In this document: positions 13,011 through 19,792 of the stretch, one piece after another
Layout: the number at the start of each line of letters is the position of its first letter
Position numbering within the stretch: the first letter of the stretch is position 1
Translations under genes and position numbers: made by a program
Source of the DNA: Kofleriaceae bacterium
Lineage (GTDB): Bacteria; Myxococcota_A; Polyangia; Haliangiales; Haliangiaceae
Direction of reading: 5' to 3'
NCBI GenBank assembly: GCA_035719245.1
Contig: DASTGJ010000665.1
Span: forward strand, 1 to 52,040
Length of the DNA: 52,040 bases
The notes under the pieces: model-generated
Seen by the model: the letters and a program-made list of their open reading frames with translations, nothing else
Databases searched by the model: none
What the model was told of the DNA's origin: nothing

Positions 13011-14078
13011 ATGAGGAAGATGTGGATTGCCGCCGTTCTGTTGCTGCCCACGCTCGCGTGGGCCGAGCCGAAGTCGGCGGCCGACTGGTACAGCGAGGGT
13101 GAGAACCAGTACAACCTGGGCAACTTCGACAAGGCGGTCGAGGCGTTCAAGAAGGGCTTCGAGCTCGAGACCGTCGAGGGCAAGAAGGCGGTCTACCTGT
13201 TCAACATCGCGCAGTCGTACCGCCAGGCCAACGACTGCAAGAACGCGCACTTCTTCTACAAGCGCTTCCTCGCGGTCGCCGATAACGACTCGACGCGGCC
13301 GGTGTCGGCCAAGACGCGCAAGCAGGTGCAGGACCGGATCGCCGAGCTCGAGCAGTGCGCGAACCAGGCGGCGTCGATCAGCAAGAAGCCGCCGGTGAGC
13401 ATCGACGCCGACAAGTCGGCCGACGACGGCGCGCCGCACGGCGAGGCCAAGCCGGTCACGGCGGCGGTCGAGCCCGCCACCGGCGGCGACGTGGCGGAGC
13501 ACGCCGAGGCCGAGAAGCCGGCGAGCGATGGCCGGCCGCACACGATCGTGCTCCGGCTGACCGGCGGCGGCACCAAGGTGAGCACGCCGGGCGTCGAGGT
13601 GCCGGTGCAGGCCACGTTCGCGCTCACCGCGGGCTATCCGATCGCGATCAACAACAAGCTCACGATCGAGGCCGGCGCGGCGGCGACCCTGAGCGCGGTG
13701 CCGTTCTCGTACGGGCCGCAGAACGCGCAGAAAGACGCGACCGGCTACCTCACCGCGGTGATGGCCAATGGCGCGGCGACCTACGAATTGATCCCCAAGC
13801 TGTCGGCGCGGCTCGACGTCGGCGTGGGCGCGCTGCTGTTCAGCGGCATCGACGTGCTCGACGGGCCGTTCACGCCGCCGGGCACCCAGGCCGACGGCAC
13901 GCTCACGATGTTCCACGTGCGCGGCGCGCTGTCCGGCGAGTACGCGGTGACGCCGAACTTCGTGGTCATCCTGCCGTCGCTCGCGTACTCGTACAGCCCG
14001 CCGAAGGACGGCCTCATCAAGTCGATCACGCGGATCACGGCGTTCGACTTCATGGCCGGCATCAGCTACCGGATGTAG
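13011..14078 (+). CDS. Secreted TPR-containing protein of unknown function
   Basis: Signal peptide MRKMWIAAVLLLPTLAWA. TPR-like helices (YNLGNFDKAVEAFKKGFEL, FNIAQSYRQANDCKNAHFFYKRFL). The C-terminal half has alternating hydrophobic strands suggestive of a beta-barrel. Confidence 0.6.
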   Translation: MRKMWIAAVLLLPTLAWAEPKSAADWYSEGENQYNLGNFDKAVEAFKKGFELETVEGKKAVYLFNIAQSYRQANDCKNAHFFYKRFLAVADNDSTRPVSAKTRKQVQDRIAELEQCANQAASISKKPPVSIDADKSADDGAPHGEAKPVTAAVEPATGGDVAEHAEAEKPASDGRPHTIVLRLTGGGTKVSTPGVEVPVQATFALTAGYPIAINNKLTIEAGAAATLSAVPFSYGPQNAQKDATGYLTAVMANGAATYELIPKLSARLDVGVGALLFSGIDVLDGPFTPPGTQADGTLTMFHVRGALSGEYAVTPNFVVILPSLAYSYSPPKDGLIKSITRITAFDFMAGISYRM

Positions 14079-14087
14079 CCTGCGGGT

Positions 14088-14765
14088 ATGAAGAAATGTC
14101 CGTTCTGCGCCGAGGAGATCCAGGACGAGGCGATCAAATGCCGGTTCTGCGGTGAGTTCCTGAACGGCCAGAACCCGGCGCCGCCCGCCGGTGAGGCAAG
14201 GCCGCCGGCGCCGTTCGTGCGCGAAGCCGGCCACTCGCCCGCGCCGCACGCGCCCGCGCCCGACGTGCCGCGCAAGACGCTCTACGAAGGCTCGCCGTCG
14301 TGGAAGGGCTACCTCGGCTACTACCTCGCGGCGCTGATCGCCGGCGGCGGGGTGATCGCCGTGCTGCGCGCGGTCGCGGTCGATCCCAAGCTCACGCCGA
14401 TGACGACCCAGGTGCTCGAGGTCGCGATCCCGATCGCCGCGATCGCGATCTTGTTCGTCGCGATCAACCTGAAGCGCAAGTCGACCAAGTTCCGGGTCAC
14501 GACCACGGTGATCGAGATCGAGCGGGGCTTGATCGGAAAGCGGATCGATCCGGTGCAGCTCTGGCGCTGCCGCGACGTGCGTTACCGCCAGAACATCATG
14601 GACCGCATCATGGGCATCGCCCACATCGAGGTGTTCGCGCAGGATCAGACCACGCCGCACCTCGAGATCACCGGCCTGCCGGCGTCGCGCCAGCTGTTCG
14701 AGCAGCTCCGCGACGCGATCGAGATCCAGCGCCAGGCCAAGAACGTGTACGGCGTGGTGAGCTGA
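14088..14765 (+). CDS. Membrane protein with N-terminal zinc ribbon and C-terminal bacterial PH (YdbS/DUF304-like) domain
   Basis: Zinc ribbon [19 protein letters not shown]. Two TM helices. [48 protein letters not shown] fits the bPH2 pattern. Confidence 0.7.
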   Translation: MKKCPFCAEEIQDEAIKCRFCGEFLNGQNPAPPAGEARPPAPFVREAGHSPAPHAPAPDVPRKTLYEGSPSWKGYLGYYLAALIAGGGVIAVLRAVAVDPKLTPMTTQVLEVAIPIAAIAILFVAINLKRKSTKFRVTTTVIEIERGLIGKRIDPVQLWRCRDVRYRQNIMDRIMGIAHIEVFAQDQTTPHLEITGLPASRQLFEQLRDAIEIQRQAKNVYGVVS

Positions 14766-14775
14766 CGCGCGGCCG

Positions 14776-14946
14776 TCAGATGACGGACGTGCCGCAGGCG
14801 TGGGTCGGGAACGGCGTGGTGCCGTCGTTGATGGTGCAGGTCGGGCCCGCGGTGAGGCCGCCGGCGACCGCCGACAGCTTGTCCTGGGTGATCAGGCGGA
14901 GGGTCTCGCGCGACATCTGGAGCTTGCGAACGGATTTCTTGATCAT
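14776..14946 (-). CDS. 56-aa precursor-like peptide with a double-glycine leader (candidate bacteriocin/pheromone/RiPP precursor)
   Basis: Hand-translated as MIKKSVRKLQMSRETLRLITQDKLSAVAGG LTAGPTCTINDGTTPFPTHACGTSVI. 54 of 56 codons end in G/C. AGGA lies 7 nt upstream of the ATG, and an in-frame TGA lies 14 codons upstream. Hydrophobic residues sit at -4, -7, -12 and -15 from the GG pair. The ORF is absent from the track because it is under 60 aa. Confidence 0.65.
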   Translation of the reverse strand: MIKKSVRKLQMSRETLRLITQDKLSAVAGGLTAGPTCTINDGTTPFPTHACGTSVI

Positions 14947-14963
14947 GGTGGTGTCCTGGTTGA

Positions 14964-15012
14964 GGTGAAGAGCGTGCGCGACACGCGATCATGTCCTGCG
15001 CACTCCTTCACC
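14964..15012 (-). promoter_or_regulatory. Interrupted 13-bp stem-loop in the leader region of the peptide gene
   Basis: On the reverse strand, GGTGAAG-GA-GTGCGC pairs with GCGCAC-GCT-CTTCACC across a 17-nt loop. The structure ends 17 nt before the peptide ATG. Confidence 0.4.
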
Positions 15013-15053
15013 CTACGAGGCCGTCGGCCGGCGCGCGATGACCGTGCAGTCGC

Positions 15054-15100
15054 CCGGCTCGCGGCTGCCGTGAGCCGGTACGTGGCTGCAGCGAGCCGGT
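15054..15100 (-). promoter_or_regulatory. Three copies of CCGGCTC/GAGCCGG: two direct copies 21 bp apart plus one inverted
   Basis: GAGCCGGT occurs at 15072-15079 and 15093-15100 (plus-strand reading). The inverted copy CCGGCTC is at 15054-15060. The repeats start immediately after the LytTR regulator stop codon, about 110-155 nt upstream of the peptide ATG. Confidence 0.4.
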
Positions 15101-15862
15101 TCACGGCAAGCCGAGCAGGCGGCCGAGGTGGCTCTTGAACGTGCGGCTGAGCTTGAGCCGCGTGCCGTCGTGGAGGAACACGAGGTACTCGCCGTGGCAC
15201 ACCGGCTCGAGCTCCTTGACGCGCTGGATGTTGACGATGGTCTTGCGGTGGATGCGCACGAAGCGATCGGGATCGAGCGCGGCGGCGAGGTCGTGCAGCG
15301 AGCGGCGCACGAGATAGGTGCGGCCGCCGGCGTGGACCTCGGCGTAGTAATCCTGGGCCTCGATCCAGTCGACGTCGGCGAGCGCGAGGGTGGCGATGCG
15401 CGCGCCGTTGCGGATCACGAGGCGTTCGAGCGTGGCGCCGGGGTGCGCGGGGCGGGGCGCGGCGTCGCGCGGGCGCGGGCCGGGCGGCGGGGCGAGCCGG
15501 GCGCGGGCGTGGCGCTTGGCGCGCTCGACGGCGCGCAGGAAGCGGTGATCGTCGAACGGCTTGAGCACGTAGTCGACGACGTCGAGGTCGAACGCGGTGA
15601 GCGCGTGGTCGGCGAACGCCGACACCAGCACGGTGGCGGGCGGCGCGGTGAGCCGGCCGAGCGCCTCGAGGCCGTCGAGGCCGGGCATGCGGACGTCGAG
15701 GAACAAGAGCGCGATCGGCTCGCGCGCGAGGACCTCGAGCGCCTCGTTGCCGTTCGCGCACTCGGCGACGACGTGGACCTCGCGGTCGCGCGACAGGGCG
15801 AGCCGGATCGCGGCGCGCGCGAGCGGCTCGTCGTCGACGATGAGGGCGGCGAGCGCGGTCAC
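15101..15862 (-). CDS. LytTR-family response regulator
   Basis: GTG start at 15862, in a GTGA overlap with the kinase stop. Receiver domain (LIVDDEPLAR, FLDVRMPGLDG, YVLKP). C-terminal LytTR domain (RFVRIHRKTIVNIQRVKELE). Confidence 0.9.
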   Translation of the reverse strand: MTALAALIVDDEPLARAAIRLALSRDREVHVVAECANGNEALEVLAREPIALLFLDVRMPGLDGLEALGRLTAPPATVLVSAFADHALTAFDLDVVDYVLKPFDDHRFLRAVERAKRHARARLAPPPGPRPRDAAPRPAHPGATLERLVIRNGARIATLALADVDWIEAQDYYAEVHAGGRTYLVRRSLHDLAAALDPDRFVRIHRKTIVNIQRVKELEPVCHGEYLVFLHDGTRLKLSRTFKSHLGRLLGLP

Positions 15863-17055
15863 GCGGGCACCGCCAGGTCCTCGCGCAGCTCGCCGTCGAG
15901 CTCGAGCTCGCGGTGGTGCGCCGCGGCGGGCGGCGCGACGAGCAGCGGGCTCTCGAGCCGGAGCGCGAGCCCGCCGCCGTCGGTGGGCGACAGCTCGAGC
16001 GTGTGCGCGGCGCCGTACAGCGCGGCGAGCCGGGCCCGGGTGTTGGCCAGGCCGATGCCGAGGCCGCCCGGCGCGGCGTCGCGCACGCCGCCGTGATCGC
16101 GCACGACGAGCTCGAGGCGGGCGCCGCGCGCGCGGGCGCGGATCTCGACGAACACCGCGGTGCGGCTGCGCTCCACGCCGTGCCGGATCGCGTTCTCGAG
16201 CAGCGGCTGCAAGATCAGGCGCGGCACGCGGGCGCGCTCGACCTCGGGCGCGATGTCGACGTGGACGCGCAGGCGATCGGCGAACCGGATCTTCTGCAGC
16301 GCGAGGTAGCGGTGGGCGAGCGCGATCTCGTCGCCGAGCGCGATCTCGTGCCCGCCGTCGGCGAGCGTGGCGCGGAGCAGGCCGCTCAGCGCGGCGAGGC
16401 TGCGCACCGCGTCGTCGGGCCGCGCCTCGCGGACGAGCGCGCCGACCGCGTGCAGGGCGTTGAACCGGAAGTGGGGCTGGAGCTGCATCTCGAGGGCGCG
16501 CAGGCGCGCGGTGGTCAGCGCCTGATCGAGCGCGGCCTGCGCGCGCACGCGGTCGCGGTAGCGCTGGTTGGCGCGCTGGACGTGGCTGATCGCGATCACG
16601 GTGGCGTACGAGAAGCCATCGAGCATGGTGAGCGCGAAGCACATCGACGTGAAGGTCCAGCTCGCGCGCGCCGGCCACAGCGCGAGCTGGAGCGCGGCGT
16701 CGGCCATGATCAAGCCGACGAGGCCGGCGGCGTGGAGCGCGGCGTTGCGCACGCGGTGGGCGCGGTCGAGCGGCGCGCGTGCGCCGAGCCACAGCATGAA
16801 CGGCGTGCTCACCGCCCACAGCGCGAGGCTGGCGAACGACACGAGCAGCCACGCCGGCGCGGGCGTGCGGCCGTCGCGGTAGGCATCGATGGTGCGCCGC
16901 GCGACGTCGAAGCCGAAGATCGCGAGCCACGCGCCCGCGATCCATCGCCACTTCGCCCGCCGATACGCCTGTCCGAGCCCCACACGCGCCGGAGTCTCCA
17001 TTCCACCAGGATATCGAGATCGCGTGATCGCCCCGCGGCGTGGTTCTGTCCTCAC
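15859..17055 (-). CDS. LytS/YehU-type sensor histidine kinase
   Basis: Four N-terminal TM helices. His_kinase motif LQPHFRFNALH. N box LLENAIRHG. G box GLGIGLANTRARL. The start may instead be METPARV at 17001. Confidence 0.85.
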   Translation of the reverse strand: MRTEPRRGAITRSRYPGGMETPARVGLGQAYRRAKWRWIAGAWLAIFGFDVARRTIDAYRDGRTPAPAWLLVSFASLALWAVSTPFMLWLGARAPLDRAHRVRNAALHAAGLVGLIMADAALQLALWPARASWTFTSMCFALTMLDGFSYATVIAISHVQRANQRYRDRVRAQAALDQALTTARLRALEMQLQPHFRFNALHAVGALVREARPDDAVRSLAALSGLLRATLADGGHEIALGDEIALAHRYLALQKIRFADRLRVHVDIAPEVERARVPRLILQPLLENAIRHGVERSRTAVFVEIRARARGARLELVVRDHGGVRDAAPGGLGIGLANTRARLAALYGAAHTLELSPTDGGGLALRLESPLLVAPPAAAHHRELELDGELREDLAVPA

Positions 17056-17153
17056 ACTCGCGATCGCGGCGCGCGCTTCGCGTGACGCCGTGGGGCACGC
17101 GCGCGACAGCGGGTGCGGCGCGCGCGCGTCGATCGCTGGTGACGTGATCCAGA

Positions 17154-17270
17154 GGGGGACGTTCCCATTGCCCCCTTTGGGGATACCGCGGCGGAGCCGC
17201 GGTATTCACCCCACCGCGCGTCGCGTCGCGCGGCGTCCACGACCGAAATCACCATCGGTTGGTCGCGGCA
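17154..17270 (-). repeat. GC-rich multi-hairpin intergenic repeat, copy A
   Basis: The 50-bp core at 17185-17234 recurs at 33951-34000 and 42366-42414. The element abuts the stop codon of the radical-SAM gene. Confidence 0.85.
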
Positions 17271-17855
17271 CTACCGGAGCAGCTGCTTGGCCTTGATCGG
17301 GTCGACGCCGGTGAGCACGAGCTCGCCGTCCTTGCCGATCCGGACCTCGGCGACCGGGGTGGCCTCGACGTCGGCGCGCGTGAAGCGATCGGTGAGCAGG
17401 TGGATGCGCTGGTTGGCCGAGCCGCGCAGGCCGCTCGCGAGCCGGTCGGCGGCGACGTAGCGGCCGTCGATCAGGACGTCGAGCCGGGCGAGCACGTCGG
17501 GGCCGCCGGGCAGGGCGCGGATCTCGTCGATCCGGTAGCCAGAGAACGCGAGCGTGGACAGGCCGAGCGCGCGCGCGGCGTCGAGCAGATCCCGCGCGAG
17601 CTCGGGCTGCTGGAGCGGCTCGCCGCCGGACAGCGACAGGCCGGTGGTGCCGGTCGCCGCGGCGGCGGTCATCGCCGCGACGAGCGCGTCGCGCGTGCTC
17701 GGCGTGCCGGGCACTGGCTCGCGCGCGTGGGTCGCCGGGTTGAAGCAGCCCGGGCAGCCGAGCGTGCAGCCCTGGAACCACACCACGAACCGCACGCCCG
17801 GCCCGTTGGCCCGGCTGCGCGACTCGACGGCGTGGATCCGCGGCGGCTCGCTCAC
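17271..17855 (-). CDS. Radical-SAM activase, NrdG / glycyl-radical-enzyme-activase-like
   Basis: GTG start. GPGVRFVVWFQGCTLGCPGCFNP carries the CxxxCxxC cluster in the NrdG-type context. 194 aa with no SPASM extension. No glycyl-radical enzyme is present in the window. Confidence 0.75.
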   Translation of the reverse strand: MSEPPRIHAVESRSRANGPGVRFVVWFQGCTLGCPGCFNPATHAREPVPGTPSTRDALVAAMTAAAATGTTGLSLSGGEPLQQPELARDLLDAARALGLSTLAFSGYRIDEIRALPGGPDVLARLDVLIDGRYVAADRLASGLRGSANQRIHLLTDRFTRADVEATPVAEVRIGKDGELVLTGVDPIKAKQLLR

Positions 17856-17878
17856 AGCTGGCTCACCGGGTCACCGGC

Positions 17879-19792
17879 TCACTTGCTCGCGCCCGGCTTG
17901 GCGAGGATCGGCAGCGGCCGCTCGCCCGCCGACGAGCCGCTCAGGTCGATCTCCTTGAGCAACAGGTCGGGCGTGATCACCGCGCTCTCGATGCCGCTCG
18001 ACGGCACGTAGCCGTCCTCGGTGCCGCCGGACAGCCGGAGCTGGAGCGCGGTCTCGGGCGACGCGAGGAAGTTGTACACCGTGACCTCCTTCGACGTGCC
18101 GATCACGTCTTTCCACGCCCGGATCGGCACCTCGGCGAGCTGCACGCCGCGCACGAGCTCCTCCTTGCCGTTGGGGTACACCTTGTACGCGAGCAGGGTC
18201 GGCGGCGGCAGCTGCTGATCCGTGCTCTTGATCATCGCGATCAGCTCGCGGCGCGTGAACTCCGGCGCCGACGTGATCGCCGCGTCGTCGAACCGGCGCA
18301 CGACCACGCCGTACTTGAGGCCCTCCTGCGCCGCCGCTGCGACCAGGCGCTGCTCGAGCGCCTTGCGCGGCTGGCCGCCCTTGCTCGACACGAACAGGTT
18401 GGTCGCGCTGCCGTGGAACGCGCCGCCATCGGCCTGGCGCCGCGCGTGGCCGTTCGAGGTCTGGCCCTTGGCCGACGGCGTGCGCGAGGTGAGCAAGGTC
18501 TTGAGCGTGCCGTCCTTGATCACCTCGACCTTCTGGCTCGCCACGCCTTCGTCGTCGATCTTGTAGCCGCCGATCAGCGCCTTGCCCGCGCCGTCGCGCA
18601 CCGTGGGATCGTCGACGATCGAGATCGTCGGCGACATCACGCGCAGGCCGACCTTGTCGGTGAGCGCGCCGCCGAACGTCTTGGCCTCCTGCGGGTTCAG
18701 GCCCTCGGGCACCGGCGTGCCGCCGAGGTGCGGCGCGAGCGCCGAGCGCAGGAGGCCCACCGCGCCCTCGCCTTCGAACAGCACGGGGCCGGAGTAGTGA
18801 TCCATGACCGGCGCCTTCTCGAGCGCGATCACGTTGTCGACGAGCTTCTTGGTCTCGGCCTTGAGCTCGTCGTCGCCGGGCAGGTCCTTCTGGGTGTGGC
18901 CGTAGCGCAGGAAGTACTGCTTGAGCAGCTGGCCGTCGTCGGCCTGGCCGCCGGCGACGATCAAGACGCCGCTCGCGCGCCGGGTATCGGTGACGCTCGT
19001 GCCCTCGGTGGTGAGGTACCACCGGCGCTCGAGGTAGCTCGTGACCGCGACCCGCGACTCGCGGAGCTCGGGGTGATCGCGGAACAGCGCCGACAGCGTC
19101 TTGGCGCGGGTCTCGAGCTCGTCGACCGGCTCGAGCGGCGCGACGAGCACCGGCTCCTCGCTCACCACCGGCTTCTCGCTCGTCCAGCTCGGCACGTCGG
19201 TCCGGCCGCCGCCGGCCTTGCGCGCCTCGATCTTGGCGCGGAGCTGGATCAGGCCTTCCTTGTACGCCGCGTCGGTGACCAGCCACGCCGCGCGCCGCGC
19301 GAGCCGCGGCGTCGCCTCGAGCGGCAAGGTGAACGCGCCGACCGCGTCGAGCTCGTCGGCGCCCGGCACCACGAAGTTGCCGTTGTCGAACTGCGGCGTG
19401 CCCACGCGGACCCGGGCCTCGAGGTTGACGAAGTGCCGGTTGCGCTTGCTCGTGGTGAAGCCCAGGCTCGCGGCGCAGTCGTTGACCTCGACCTCGGTGA
19501 TCTTGTAGGCGATGTGGTACGGCTTGGGCGCGCCCGGGATCTCGAGCTGCGCCATCGCGCGGTTCATCTCCTCGGCGATCGCGTCGAGGATCTCGGGCGT
19601 GACCGCCTTGGACGGCGGGCCGACCGGGGCCTTGGTGTCCTTGGCGTCCTTGCCGGTGGTCTTGACGTCCTTGCCGTCGGGCTTCTTGTCGGCCGCCGGG
19701 TCGGGCTTCTTGGGCGGCGCGGCCAGGCCGGGCGACAGCAGGGCGCCGCACAGGACGAGGCCGAGGGTGGTGCGAATCGCGGTGAGCTTCAT
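17879..19792 (-). CDS. Secreted TldE/PmbA-family protein (non-catalytic partner type)
   Basis: Start at MKLTAIRTTLGLVLCGALLSPGLAA (signal peptide) inside a 1572-aa composite ORF. TldD/PmbA-like C-terminal region without an HExxxH motif. ATGA overlap with the upstream TldD-like gene. Confidence 0.75.
   Translation of the reverse strand: MKLTAIRTTLGLVLCGALLSPGLAAPPKKPDPAADKKPDGKDVKTTGKDAKDTKAPVGPPSKAVTPEILDAIAEEMNRAMAQLEIPGAPKPYHIAYKITEVEVNDCAASLGFTTSKRNRHFVNLEARVRVGTPQFDNGNFVVPGADELDAVGAFTLPLEATPRLARRAAWLVTDAAYKEGLIQLRAKIEARKAGGGRTDVPSWTSEKPVVSEEPVLVAPLEPVDELETRAKTLSALFRDHPELRESRVAVTSYLERRWYLTTEGTSVTDTRRASGVLIVAGGQADDGQLLKQYFLRYGHTQKDLPGDDELKAETKKLVDNVIALEKAPVMDHYSGPVLFEGEGAVGLLRSALAPHLGGTPVPEGLNPQEAKTFGGALTDKVGLRVMSPTISIVDDPTVRDGAGKALIGGYKIDDEGVASQKVEVIKDGTLKTLLTSRTPSAKGQTSNGHARRQADGGAFHGSATNLFVSSKGGQPRKALEQRLVAAAAQEGLKYGVVVRRFDDAAITSAPEFTRRELIAMIKSTDQQLPPPTLLAYKVYPNGKEELVRGVQLAEVPIRAWKDVIGTSKEVTVYNFLASPETALQLRLSGGTEDGYVPSSGIESAVITPDLLLKEIDLSGSSAGERPLPILAKPGASK

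Noticed and set aside
14800-14830. Shared NDGT(T)PF motif between the GG-peptide core and the Cys-rich lipoprotein (44156-44401) as evidence of a common family.
   Set aside because: Only six residues match between two short, compositionally biased sequences. This is likely chance without profile support.
14645-14992. 115-aa reverse ORF with a strong GAAGGAG-N8-ATG start signal.
   Set aside because: - About half of its third codon positions are A/T.
- Its translation is Arg/Pro/His-rich.
- It runs antisense into the bPH gene.
- The overlapping 56-aa frame has 54/56 G/C third positions and is preferred.
- The SD-like sequence is part of a hairpin arm.
17052-17255. 67-aa ORF inside repeat copy A, whose peptide (…AARRDARWGEYRGSAAV…) is partly conserved in copy B.
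   Set aside because: - Copy B has no start codon at the equivalent position (ATA) and diverges after the core.
- Copy C carries an indel in the core.
- The conservation follows the DNA/RNA hairpins, so a non-coding repeat is the better explanation.
17271-17855. Radical-SAM protein as the maturase (sactipeptide/ranthipeptide type) of the GG peptide.
   Set aside because: - It is only 194 aa, with the NrdG-type activase motif and no SPASM or auxiliary cluster domain.
- It is separated from the peptide by the two-component genes and a repeat element.
- The link is kept only as a remote possibility.
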